A stretch of 63,698 nucleotides of DNA, filler included, from Nemertoderma westbladi (Eukaryota; Animalia; Xenacoelomorpha): the NCBI GenBank assembly GCA_032718475.1. It is 3 parts of 3 records of this genome, joined end to end, with 100 filler letters (N's around TTAATTAATTAA, not from the genome) between each part and the next. Parts side by side here need not be neighbours in the genome. Positions count along the whole stretch, not along the records: positions 20,606 to 47,229 come from JAUCBJ010007805.1; positions 47,330 to 63,698 come from JAUCBJ010001242.1; 1 more part is not named here. One strand, written 5' to 3'. Under the pieces are notes generated by a model that did no database searches, was not told where the DNA came from, and saw only the letters and a program-made list of their open reading frames with translations. A program made the translations under genes and the position numbers. This document shows positions 40,742 to 52,149 of this stretch, piece by piece. Positions within the stretch are counted from its first letter, which is position 1, and each line of letters opens with the position of its first letter.

Positions 40742-40870
40742 AGTGGCGTCGTGTTTCTCAACTGTGGACATGTATGTTGTTGCTCCCAATGCAGTTCTCC
40801 TTTATTAGACTGCCCTATGTGTCGTCAACCAATAGTAAAGCAGATCAAACTGTTTACAACTGGTGTTTGA
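40742..40870 (+). CDS. LRSAM1: LRSAM1 terminal exon, copy 2 (Y>S variant)
   Basis: Intact acceptor and frame; CSSP instead of CSYP. Confidence 0.75.
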   Translation, partial: SGVVFLNCGHVCCCSQCSSPLLDCPMCRQPIVKQIKLFTTGV

Positions 40871-41037
40871 ATTACCCGTTATCCAATCAGATACCTACCT
40901 AATTGATACCTAATAATTGTGCATAAACTACTACAGTAAATATTATTTAGAGCTGCTTCTACACTACAAATTCAATTTATGTTATTTTTCATTACTGGGT
41001 GCCGCCCCATGACGCAATATAACACGGGGTCTAAGAG

Positions 41038-41250
41038 GGGTCAGAGTAAAACGCGGATCCGGATTCTACATTTAACATTGTCCCTACGGAAGTCGATTTT
41101 TTTTACATTTTTATAACTCTCAAAAATAAAACTATAACATGTTCTATTGACTTTAATTTATTGTTTTGGTTAAAATAACGTGCCACTGTAACCTGCTCCT
41201 TTCCCTTAATTGATAATTTTTGAATCCGGATCCGCGTTTTAGACCTACCC
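41038..41250. mobile_element. Duplicated Mutator-like MITE
   Basis: Same TIRs and GTCTAAGAG TSD as 35002-35220. Confidence 0.85.
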
Positions 41251-42578
41251 GTCTAAGAGATCACAACGTTTACTGTGGCTGTTATTTTTATTTATAAGTA
41301 TTTCTTATAGTTATTTTCATCTGTATTGGCATCATAATCAGGTTGCAATGTTTAATGTTCGACACTATTTAGATCGTAATATTTCGAAGACCACTTTTAT
41401 TTGGGACTATTATTCGCTATCTTAGCAACCAATAGCATCTCGTTAATTAATTATTGAATTTCGTGTATTTTAACCAATCAGTCACGAAAGTCTCAATATA
41501 AATCTTGGATTTCATTTATGAAGCCAAATAATTAAACTCCAGTTGCCATAGCATCCGCCACCTCTACACCCACCATGTATGTGAATAATTTTTTAGCTGA
41601 ATGAGTTCCCCGGATTGGTTTTTCCTTGAGTGGGTATGTTATATATTAGGACAGATTCATCAATGGTTTAGTTAATTGGTTAATTAGTTAAATGTTGTAA
41701 ATATTAATTCTAATTTTTATTTAATTTATTATAATTCACTTCTGTCACATTTATCTAATTAAATTTTGGTTCTCTCATCTAAATTTTCCGAATTTTTCCA
41801 TCTCGGTTATTGGAACAGAGTCTTTATTGATTGCTGAAACATCAGTTTCAATCGATTCAAAACTCGGTTCCTTTGGGAGTAGAATTTATAGTATTTATTT
41901 TTTTGGCCTCTAATCTCGCACTTTTCAAAATTTAAAAACCAATCGTTTTCAAATCCGAGTGTAATGGGAGAATGAATGACAAATGCTAACAGCCTATTTA
42001 ATAATAGCATCAGAACAATAACATCAGCCCAAAATAAACTACAAGGACTTTTTTAACGTGGATTTTAATTTAACATTTGTGAGTGGGGGAGGCTGGGGGC
42101 ATTGTATTGAGAAATTACCGTTAATAAAGTGCGATGTTAATGTTCCATATGAATATATATGTTAGAAAATTTCGTGCAATAAATCCTGAAAGGCGCAGCC
42201 TACACAACGACAAAGGGTTAATTATGTTTGAATTAAGTTTTTTGTTTTTGTTTTTAATAAGTATGTTTTTTTATACGACCAGAGATCATTTCTGCTTGAA
42301 TTTTAACATTTGATATGTCCGACAGTAGTTTATATCAATAATGGCTATGTGGTGGAAAGGTCGACATGTTGGATGACCCCAACAATACAAAAAATATATA
42401 CATTTATTGATATATATTGAGATAGATATATATATGTATTAATCATGATTTATAATTTATATTATTTTAGCTATGTATCAATTATTAATTGATGCCATAT
42501 AGTTTTTTTCTATAGTTTCTGGTCTACATATTGAAGGCGACGTCAGTAACACAGTTCTGTAACATCAGTTAGTTCCAT

Positions 42579-42914
42579 CTAGCGCTCGCCTTCCTCTTCC
42601 AGTAACTCGCTGTCTGCTATCAGATCGTAAATAACCAAGTAATTACAGTTGTCGGTATCGCAACATCTTGCGGTGCAATTCTCGAAGTACGGTGACTCAT
42701 TCACCACATCGCATATCGCCCTGGTGGTCTCCTCACAGACCTCAGTGACCGCGCAGTAATTAGCCTCGACCTCATATCCGTCGGAGACCATCTCCGCGAC
42801 GACGCAATGCTCGCATCCGTGCATTTTCTCTCCGTGCTCGAAACAGCTTAAACCCTCGCCGATGTCGGTCATTGCAACAACAAGAAGCGCAATAACAAAA
42901 TACCGTAAACCCAT
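42579..42914 (-). CDS. Secreted Ly6/uPAR (three-finger)-like protein, copy 2
   Basis: Protein identical to copy 1 except E>D (AICDVV). Confidence 0.8.
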   Translation of the reverse strand: MGLRYFVIALLVVAMTDIGEGLSCFEHGEKMHGCEHCVVAEMVSDGYEVEANYCAVTEVCEETTRAICDVVNESPYFENCTARCCDTDNCNYLVIYDLIADSELLEEEGER

Positions 42915-45900
42915 ATTAATTATGGAGTATTTTTTTATGCACGTATGAAATATAAGTAATTCTATAAATGTAATCTTAAATCTAACAATAATAATTCACC
43001 CACGACAAAGTTTTAAAGTTATATGTACGCTGTCAGAAACATTGATAGCACTCAAAGAACTACTACTACGAATGGCATGCTGCATTGCAGCTGCATCATA
43101 TATTAAGAATGCTGTGACAGCTTGTCGACTAAAGCACCGCCACAACTCTATAGCATCAATGAAATTTTGCTAGATCATCCGCATATTCAAGGCCAGTGTT
43201 CTTTAAGAGGCGTCAATCATGCCTATTCATTCCATGAGGACGCCAAAGTACAAGATTATGTACTGGCTGGTACTCACGGCGAAAGCAATGTCCTACAAAC
43301 CAGAGGCGTCTCTGTTCAAGTCTCAAGCTAGGATAGAGTAATGATGTTATATACCTTCAATGTTGTATAGTGTCTGATTGGAGATGTGTGCATTGTACTA
43401 GAGACAGTGAACTCGACGTAGCATTTTTGTGAATGTGCCATCCAGAGACTTGGTGTCCTCAGTAATTGGAGCCCAGTATGGACTCCCATAGAGGAGTACT
43501 GGAATTACTGCTGCTCTAAATAATCGAAACCTTGAGATTCCGTTTTATTATATGGGACTTCCAAATCCTTGACAGATTATTCAATGCTGCCCATGCCTAC
43601 CCCTTAGGTATGCGAAGGTCTTCACCTAACTTCGGACCCATGATGTAAGGCAGCACAAGTCCACATGCTCCAGCACACCATCCTTAGAGGTTATGCTCAT
43701 ACGTTCCAACATTTCCGGATGACTGTCAAAATAATGGTCTTCTTGGAGTTAATAAATAGACCAACACTGGTAGTTGTTCTAATGACCTGAGGAGCATTTG
43801 GTCTCCCTATAGAGATTCTGAACAGATCACGGAGAACAGAGCATGGTGAGTATTTAATATTCTGTCAAGAGGATTGAAATCGCGTGGGATCAAACCTCCC
43901 CTGAGGTAAGTTTATACCGGGCTCGAACTGCAGAAGGCACCAGATCCCTTGATAGTACCGGGATGCTGCGCCTCGGTTCATGGTGTAATATATAATGCTC
44001 AGGTAATGACGGGGAATTGCAAAAACCCAGCATGCCGGCCAATGTTACCTAACTAACTATAGCATAACTAACGATCAGCCTGTGCATGATCTTGTTCTGT
44101 GGAAGCCAGCCTGTGAGGGGAAATATTGTGATAAGCCATTGCAACCTTGACTGCCCTCAAGAAATGTCTGCTAGCATAAGCTCCAGGAGGGATGGATGGC
44201 TTGTTTGAGCATGTGGATGACTTCTGCTACAGTACTTAGGATCATTGATCCGAAAGTCAGCTGAAGACCTTTGCTTACATAGGGGAAGGCATGGGCAGCA
44301 TTGAATAGTTTATCCAGGATTTGGGAGTCCCATAGCATAAAACGAAATTTCAAGGTTCGATTATTTAGGGGAGCAGTAAGTTTTTGTGTACAATGTATGT
44401 GCAATGTACACATCTCCAATCAGACTCTATTGGAGGTGTTTCATCCGCTTTGCAGGACACATTGAATTCGCCGTGTGGATCAGCCAGTGCTCAGTGCATA
44501 ATCTTGTGCTTTGGCGGCCTCGTGGAGTGAATAACCATGATGAATAGCCCATGACTTTCTTGAGACGCCCAGTTACGGACACCGGCCTTGAAGATGCGGA
44601 TGATCTAATTGATGATTGACGTGAAGTTACCGCGATTTCACAACATTTTAATCTGAACGTGAAAATGACGTGGAATTTTTCACCTCATATTTTCACGTTA
44701 TATTTTAACCAAAACACTTTAAAAGTTACTCTAGCGGCCCTTTGGTTCCGTTTGGGTCTTTTCGAATGTGGTGTATGTTGGTTTCAATTCACATTCTTCC
44801 ATTAGGTCCAAGATTAAGCGCCCGTTTCTATTCAAACTGGTGTTCTAGGTGTAACACTTGATATGCTTGATGCTTAGGCTTGTTACAATCGTCCATCCAT
44901 TTCCAATGTCACTACTTGATGATAGTGTCTTCCTGACAAATCCGATGTTCTTGTATCTATATAAAAATATATGATGTCGATGTTATATTTTGCCTGTTTG
45001 TTAGAAATAGTAGCGAAGATTCAAGGGACAAAGTGCAATTGAAGGGGCCCAATAGGCCGAAAAGGTAGTATACAGTGTTGGCCCCCCACTGTCATCCTTC
45101 CATGTTTGTGTCACTTCAGAACAACAGCCCTGTTATATTATTTATTACTTGAATGCGAGGCACATTCAAATCGCTAAACTAGTAAAGGAGCTTACTTGTC
45201 ATCTTGCTACAGTTTATGGACCCTAACTGTGACATGGCCAATGACAATAGCGACTTATCGAGTTGCGCCATGGTTATGTTTCTGCATACATTTATTACAT
45301 TTAGCCATTTAGGAATGTTGATTGTGACGTTTGATGTTGGTTGATTCATGAATAATTTCAAAGATAACTAATAATAGTGGGAGCTATTGGAAGAGTGCCG
45401 ATGGTTGAACTACAGTCAATACTGTCTAGTTTTAATTCTCCTAGAGCGACTATAACTGTCCCTAAAACAGGTACACCTATTTGTGATTCTTTTTATAATA
45501 ATTTGTCACCAACATATATATACCATCTCTTATGACAGAGATGGTAAGACCTCCTTGGGTGAGGCTGAATTATTGTTTCGCTTTCAATCTTTATAGTTAC
45601 AAGCGTCGGGAGTTGGTCAAACTGTCTATGATTCATATAAGATGGTTTGAACTTTTGAAGCCATCCAACGTCATGGCAACTCAGAGCTATTCTCCAAGGT
45701 CCTGTCTACGTAAGTCTCCTCCAACGTGGTCATCTAGTGTGGGTCGGGCTTGGTCCCAAGTCGTAGTACCTCAACCTTAAGCTTCAAATTATCATTTTAA
45801 AAATTTGAGATTTTGAGACATTACGAAAAATATGTTTAGCCTGGTTGCCATGGTAACTGGATTGTCTAATTAACCTCAAAATCGGCTCGGCTATGGCCCT

Positions 45901-46299
45901 TATAGTTGCGTTGAAAAACCCCAAGTTTATATCTAATGTGGTTGCTACAAATAGAGTTATTAATATAGACTTCAAATACATTGGATTTTTTCCGGAAGTC
46001 CGAAGATTTTTCCCAGACATGTGACCTATCCTACACGATGCGCATGGTGAGTAGTAGCCTATATACATGCAAATTTTCAGGGCACTTTTAAAGGCTAGTT
46101 TTGGCTGCAATAAAAAAGCCCCCATTCTGCCTCAAATCAGGAAAGGGGCCCACTATGAATACACCATCTCAGTTAAGGAAAATCTCAGCGAAAGTAGTTG
46201 ATTTTCTTTAGCTTCGTGGAATTGGCCCGGGGGGGGGGGGGGGGGGGGTGTCACTTTAGAATGTTTAGATCTTGGCTCAAAAATTAAAATTTTGATGAT

Positions 46300-47110
46300 A
46301 TAAGGGTTTTCGAGGTCACTGATCACGATAATACTTTTTCTATATATTTTCTGGAATTGCAACCATCATTTTCGTGCTAATAAAATGGTCCCCCAGGAAG
46401 AAAAGTACAAGTAAAAATGTCAAACTAAAATGTTTTGTGTTCGGTTTGATCGGGTTTTCGAGGTCGCTGATCACGATGAAAGTAGTTAAGAATAGTTCTC
46501 TGGTAATGCCAACATCATTTTTGGAGACGGTGCCCCAAAACGAAAAGTAAAAGTTGCAGAAATTTCAAACTTTTATATTTTGCCTTCGGTTTGGTAATTC
46601 TGAAGCTATAGTGGTTTTCAAGGTGGCTGATCACGATACAACTCGTTAAAAATCATTCGTAGTAACGCAACTATCATTTTTGGTGCTTATTGTCTGGTGA
46701 GACGAAAAAAACAAGTAGCATAAAATTTCAAACGGCAAAAATCGAATTTGGTTGGATAATACGAAATTTTTGAGTGCCTTATTCGTGGTCAGCATCCCAG
46801 AAAACCCGTAATGGCATTAAATCAGTAATGTAGTAAATCAGTAATTTTCGTGCCGCACATTGACACGTATTCAAAAATGCCGTAATCAACAAGTACAGTA
46901 CGATATATTTCAGTGTCATATTCGTAATCAGCATCCCAAAAACCCATATGGTCATAAAATCAATTTTATTTCGTGGTGATTTTTCATTATCATACTTCCT
47001 CAACTTGTTTTTTTCCCAGAGCAGAAGGCACATGTAAATTACCAAAAATTTTGTCGTAAGTTTAATTGATATTTAGTTTTATAATCGTGAACTGCATCCA
47101 AAAAACCACT
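46300..47110. mobile_element. Non-autonomous DNA-transposon-like repeat with periodic inverted motifs
   Basis: GGGTTTTCGAGGTCGCTGATCACGA-like motif forward at ~46304, 46452, 46613 and reversed at ~46781, 46921, 47085; also at ~25451 and ~26718. Confidence 0.5.
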
Positions 47111-47229
47111 ATAGGCCTACTGCAAATAAAATAATTTTAGTAATCCATAAAAACTTTTGAAAATTTTGCACAAAATATGGGTGCCAGGAAGGCACCACAG
47201 CACGAAAACTAACATAGCCATATAAAGGG

Positions 47230-47329
47230 NNNNNNNNNNNNNNNNNNNNNNNNNNNNNNNNNNNNNNNNNNNNTTAATTAATTAANNNNNNNNNNNNNNN
47301 NNNNNNNNNNNNNNNNNNNNNNNNNNNNN
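47230..47329. other. Assembly gap with artificial linker
   Basis: N-run, TTAATTAATTAA, N-run. Confidence 0.95.
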
Positions 47330-47661
47330 TAAAGTATCTATCAATGTTATTTCGATAATAATAACAGACGGTCAGAAGTGGCTAGCTACCGCACACATGC
47401 AGACTCAAGATAATAAAACGAAATATCTATATAGTACAGATCAGTCCTGTGGTACCGGTAAAGTCTCTCTATATATATATTCTAGGGGAAAAAGGGGGGG
47501 GGGGGGGGGGGCACCGGCCACCACTATAGACTCCCCCGCCTAGACGCGGAGCGTGCAATATAACAAACACAAAGCAAATAATATGGTAAAATCCTAAACG
47601 AATTATAGAACAATAACTAAAAAAAAAACGAATTGCTGCTAGGTTACGTATTACTCGATAG

Positions 47662-50600
47662 TCATGAACAGTACAGTACGTTATCATCAAAACTGACTGT
47701 TTTGGTGGGTTTTGGACGTGGATGGTTTGAGACCGGACCATTGGTCTGAGTTTCGGTAATATCTTCCTTCCTCGATTTTACTGGTTTAGATACACCCTCG
47801 TAAACTGGTTTTAATCGGTCGATGCTCACAGTATCTTTGTGCTTGCCATTCTGCAGGACATAGAATTTGGGATGTCGTTCCAGTACAACGTAGGGGCCGG
47901 TGTACGGGGCTTCTAGGGAGCGCTTCACTCTATCTACCCGAACCCAAACTCGGTAGCAGCTTTCTAATCCTGCTGGCATGTAAGTTCGCTGTTGTGCCGG
48001 TACTCGCGGAGGTCGAAATTCCATCTCTGCCATATTCTCGCGTAGTCTCCCTAGGAAGTTTTTTGCTTCTGTTGAAGACAGATGGGCTCGTTGCGATGTG
48101 AGAGCTAAACTGGGTATTAAAGGGCGGGTTCCAGTAACCATCTCGAACGGACTCGGGAACTCATCCGTAGTATGAATGCGCATTCCGAATAGAACCAGGG
48201 GAAGAGATCTGATCCAATCTGTACCGCGGGCTCGTATAGCACTTTTAAAGGTTCGGTGACGGCGTTCTATGAAACCATTGGCCTGTGGGTGGTAGGCTGT
48301 TATCCTTAGTCGGTGGAAACCGATAATCGTAGATATTTCAGCAAAGAGTGCGCTTTCGAACTGTGGTCCTCGATCGGTAACCAGCTGAAGTGGTGTTCCG
48401 AACCGGCTGAACCAAGTATCGACGAAGATGTGAGCAATGTCTTCCGCTAGAATACTATCGGTGGGAGTTGCTTCTGTCCATCGTGTATATCGGTCTACGA
48501 ATGTGACGATGTATCGGTAAGGCGAAGTACTACCGAGATGAGATTCGGAGATAGGTAAAGGCCCTACGATGTCCATATGGACTGTGGTGAATCGCGATGA
48601 TGGTTCATCGAATACTTGGAATTGTGCTTTAGTGTGTTTATCGACTTTGCTCCTCTGGCAATTCATACATTCTTTACACCATAATGCTATTTCGCCTCGC
48701 ATTCTGGGCCAAACAAATCGAGAACAAATTAAATTGGTCGTGGCTTTGCGGCCTGGGTGGCTGAGGTTGTGTAATTCACTAAATATTTGTGATCGGAGTT
48801 TTACGGGAACAAATGGTCTGGGCGATTCTTGTGAAACATCACACCACAGTACGGAGCCATCTCTCAATTGAAATGATTTCAGTTTGATTGATGTATCGGT
48901 GGGAAGCTTATTTATCTCTTCACATCGTGTTTGAGCTTCGGCTATTTCTTTCAAGCCCCATGTATCTGTTTCGACTGCGTGAATTGATAGAGGTTCGGCT
49001 GGGACTCTAGATAGCGCGTCGGCTACTACATTATCAGCCCCTGATATGTGTAGAATATCGGTGATGAATTCGCTTATATAAGAGAGCTGGCGCTGTTGTT
49101 TAGGTGTTTTCCCAACATGTGATTTGTGACTAAATGCAACGGCGATTGGTTTGTGGTCGGTGAACACTGTTACGCGGCGCCCGTCGATTATGTGGCGAAA
49201 GTGTTCGACTGATTTGTATACGGCGAGTAACTCGCGGTCGAACGCTGAGAGAGTTGATTGTTGGTCGTTGAGGCCTTTATTGAAAAAGCCAAGTGGTTCC
49301 GGTTTGTTGTTAACGATTTGGTGTAAAACACCTGCTATTGTTGTGGATGATGCGTCTGTGGTGAGAGTGAGTTCCACCTCTGGATCTTTAGATGGGTGGG
49401 CTAATGTGACTGCATCCACCAGGGCGTTCTTGATAGCAATGAAGGATTTGTCATGTGCTGAAGTCCACTCGTACGGGGATGAACCGCCCCGCTTTGGCTG
49501 AGACACTCTTATGAGGCGTTGGAGAGGCAGTATAATCGCGGTGTAATACGGAATGAATCGCCGATAAAATCCAATCATCCCAAGGAAGCGCCGAAGGCTG
49601 TGGTAGTCAGTGGGCTGCTGGTAATCCCTAATCGATTTTTCCTTGTCTTTTGGGGGTCGGACGCCTTTGTTGCTCAGGTGGTAGCCAAGGAAATCTAATT
49701 CATTCTGGAAAAATTGACATTTCGGCAGGTTGATCTTTAGACCGTAGTTGGACAACCGGGTAAAAACCTCCCTGAGGATTTTAGCATGAGTTTCGCTACC
49801 AATACAGTGAACAATGATGTCGTCAATAAAAACAAATACTCCGTCGATACCCCGGAGAGCACTATCTACCATTCTTTGAAATGTACTTCCAGCATTCCGC
49901 ATCCCATAGGACATCATAACGTACTCGAAAAGTCCAAAGGGGGTAATTATTGCTGTTTTCTCAACGTCTTCTTCGGCTACTGGCACTTGATGATATGCTT
50001 TAACCAAATCTATTTTGCTAAACACTGTTGAGCCGCTAAATTCGCTATTAAACTGCTGGATGTTGGGGACGGGGTAAGAATCGGGTACTGTCTGGCGGTT
50101 GAGTTGGCGGTAATCACCGCATGGTCTCCAACCTCCAGAGCTTTTCTTGGTCATATGTAAGGGCGATGACCATGGGCTTTTGGAAGGCCGTATAATGCCA
50201 TCTTTTAACAGAGCTGCGAATTCCTGCTTAGCGGCAGCCAACTTATCAGGTGTGAGTGGTCGAGCTTTGCTTCGAGCTGGGGTACCGGTAGTTAAGATAT
50301 TATGTTTGATGTCGTGTTTGATGTTGTTGGGAGAAGTGCATCCTACGATGTCCGGAAATTCTTTGATTAGATCATCAGCTAAATTGTCGAAAACAATTCC
50401 ATGAGAGACTGAGTTTACTGGGATAGAACTTGGTTTCAAATTTTGTGATAGTTTTGTTTCTGGATCAATAACTTGTTTTCCTTTGCAATCGACAAACAGG
50501 CCTGTAGCCGTGAAGAAATCGGCTCCTAACAATGGGGTGGCAATCTCTGCGACTATAAATCCATGTTGCCAGGACCGACGAAGTTGACGAAAACTAACAG

Positions 50601-50838
50601 GAAGTTGGCAGGAACCAAGTACCTTTATAGGAGTGTTATTGGCTGCCTGAAGTGGTAAATTAATTGGGTCGTATGGTTGGGGTACCGTGTTTGGATTTAG
50701 AATGCTGACGCATGCTCCAGTATCCACTAACATGTCTAACGGGGCTCCATTAATGTGCACTTTAACAGTGAATGCGGTGGACACTGCATTGACCCCCAAC
50801 CCATCAGGTGCCTCTGTGGGTTGGGGGGTTAGTTTCCC
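47662..50838 (-). CDS. pol: Gypsy Pol (protease, RT, RNase H, integrase), reached by -1 frameshift
   Basis: LVDTGA; FIDD; TDAS...RELLA...TDHK; HHCC zinc finger; DRGPQF...E; GPY module; frame open from the slippery site. Confidence 0.95.
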   Translation of the reverse strand, partial: GKLTPQPTEAPDGLGVNAVSTAFTVKVHINGAPLDMLVDTGACVSILNPNTVPQPYDPINLPLQAANNTPIKVLGSCQLPVSFRQLRRSWQHGFIVAEIATPLLGADFFTATGLFVDCKGKQVIDPETKLSQNLKPSSIPVNSVSHGIVFDNLADDLIKEFPDIVGCTSPNNIKHDIKHNILTTGTPARSKARPLTPDKLAAAKQEFAALLKDGIIRPSKSPWSSPLHMTKKSSGGWRPCGDYRQLNRQTVPDSYPVPNIQQFNSEFSGSTVFSKIDLVKAYHQVPVAEEDVEKTAIITPFGLFEYVMMSYGMRNAGSTFQRMVDSALRGIDGVFVFIDDIIVHCIGSETHAKILREVFTRLSNYGLKINLPKCQFFQNELDFLGYHLSNKGVRPPKDKEKSIRDYQQPTDYHSLRRFLGMIGFYRRFIPYYTAIILPLQRLIRVSQPKRGGSSPYEWTSAHDKSFIAIKNALVDAVTLAHPSKDPEVELTLTTDASSTTIAGVLHQIVNNKPEPLGFFNKGLNDQQSTLSAFDRELLAVYKSVEHFRHIIDGRRVTVFTDHKPIAVAFSHKSHVGKTPKQQRQLSYISEFITDILHISGADNVVADALSRVPAEPLSIHAVETDTWGLKEIAEAQTRCEEINKLPTDTSIKLKSFQLRDGSVLWCDVSQESPRPFVPVKLRSQIFSELHNLSHPGRKATTNLICSRFVWPRMRGEIALWCKECMNCQRSKVDKHTKAQFQVFDEPSSRFTTVHMDIVGPLPISESHLGSTSPYRYIVTFVDRYTRWTEATPTDSILAEDIAHIFVDTWFSRFGTPLQLVTDRGPQFESALFAEISTIIGFHRLRITAYHPQANGFIERRHRTFKSAIRARGTDWIRSLPLVLFGMRIHTTDEFPSPFEMVTGTRPLIPSLALTSQRAHLSSTEAKNFLGRLRENMAEMEFRPPRVPAQQRTYMPAGLESCYRVWVRVDRVKRSLEAPYTGPYVVLERHPKFYVLQNGKHKDTVSIDRLKPVYEGVSKPVKSRKEDITETQTNGPVSNHPRPKPTKTVSFDDNVLYCS
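50793..50838 (-). promoter_or_regulatory. -1 ribosomal frameshift signal
   Basis: G GGA AAC slippery heptamer (50832-50838) before the gag TAA, followed by an 11-bp stem CCCCCAACCCA/TGGGTTGGGGG; the -1 frame is the pol frame. Confidence 0.88.
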
Positions 50839-51749
50839 GACCCGCCCCGGTTCGGACTAGAGGCGCGACTGTTGTTTCGACTACCGGTATCAGATATCGG
50901 AGGTTTGGCTGCGGGCCAGGCGCACCAACGGCGACAGCTTCTGGCGCTATCGCCGTAATATATGTGAGATCGACATATCTGAGGTCGCTGGCCTTCTCGG
51001 AATGGTGCCATGCCTCTGTAGGGGTCAAAGGATGCAGATCGGGGTGGCGTTGGTGAATAATATTGGTTGTAATAACTATCGGAACGGTTGAGATTATTTG
51101 GAGGCGAGTTACGGGGAAACCCCTCCGGTTTATCACTTCCATGGCGTCCTGATATCGCCATTACTTGTTCTGCTGTCCGGTTAGCTGAATTGGATAATTC
51201 GTGGATGCTGTCTGCTACCGCAGCGAAATCCTTAGCATTTAAGTGTTGATGGCCCGCCAGTGTGGTTCTCTCGTTGGGTGGCATTGCCTGAAGAAGCTTG
51301 TGTTTTATAATATCTTCTTCGCAAGGGAGGCCGCATTCGGATAATTGTTTTTCGATGCGACGGAGGCAAACGGTTGGTTTCTGTCCTTCTAGTGATATCG
51401 AACCGAGTGCTTCTTCCAGTAACTGCTGGCGGCTTTTGTGGAAAGCGGCGGTGAGCTCGGCTTTCAATGATTCGTAATCGGTATGTTGGCCGGTAATTAC
51501 GGCGACGTCTTCCGGTAGCGCCGCCATCACGTGGTGGTATTTTGTTGTACTCTGCGTTACTCCGTTGACGGCGAATTGGGATTCCAACTGGCGGAACCAC
51601 GTGGATACGTTGTTGCGGTAAAAAGGCGGCGGTTTTATGGAAATCCTTGCGATTGTTGGATTTGAAGTAGCGTTCAGGGTAGGTTGTGGATTGTGGGCGA
51701 GATTGTCCGGGTCACCATTTGTAGCGTGTGAGCTACTGGACGTATCCAT
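50829..51749 (-). CDS. gag: Gypsy Gag (CHCC motif)
   Basis: KPPPFYRNNVSTWFRQLESQF; CRSHIYYGDSARSCRRWC. Confidence 0.92.
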   Translation of the reverse strand: MDTSSSSHATNGDPDNLAHNPQPTLNATSNPTIARISIKPPPFYRNNVSTWFRQLESQFAVNGVTQSTTKYHHVMAALPEDVAVITGQHTDYESLKAELTAAFHKSRQQLLEEALGSISLEGQKPTVCLRRIEKQLSECGLPCEEDIIKHKLLQAMPPNERTTLAGHQHLNAKDFAAVADSIHELSNSANRTAEQVMAISGRHGSDKPEGFPRNSPPNNLNRSDSYYNQYYSPTPPRSASFDPYRGMAPFREGQRPQICRSHIYYGDSARSCRRWCAWPAAKPPISDTGSRNNSRASSPNRGGSGN

Positions 51750-52149
51750 ACTTCTTCAGTATAAAATAATAAGTATGAATGCTAAAGTATCTATCAATGT
51801 TATTTCGATAATAATAACAGACGGTCAGAAGTGGCTAGCTACCGCACACATGCAGACTCAAGATAATAAAACGAAATATCTATATAGTACAGATCAGTCC
51901 TGTGGTACCGGTAAAGTCTCTCTATATATATATTCTAGGGGAAAAGGGGGGGGGGGGGGGGGGGGGGCACCGGCCACCACTATACAGTTATTGCTATTTG
52001 ATTGATTAATGACTATTAATGATTATTATATCTAAAATAATTTGAATCTGCAAATAATTGTATTATTATTGTATATGATTGCAAATGAAGTCTGAAAATA
52101 ATATTCTGGTCCCCTATGTAGGAGGCAAATGGTTTTCTATCTACAGTAC

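Larger units (their letters stand above)
40373..45460 (+). repeat. Tandem segmental duplicate of 34434-39483
   Basis: Near-identical over ~5 kb with scattered SNPs and small indels; begins in a 22-bp TTTGTGATTGTGATTACGATTA array (~3 vs ~7 units). Confidence 0.95.
47330..51984 (-). mobile_element. Ty3/Gypsy LTR retrotransposon, CsRn1 clade, coding-intact
   Basis: 5' LTR ~51720-51984; 3' LTR 47330-47528 (cut by the gap); PBS TGGTGACCC (tRNA-Trp type) at 51709-51717; PPT AGGCGGGGGAG; gag C-x2-H-x9-C-x3-C; pol order PR-RT-RH-IN. Confidence 0.95.
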
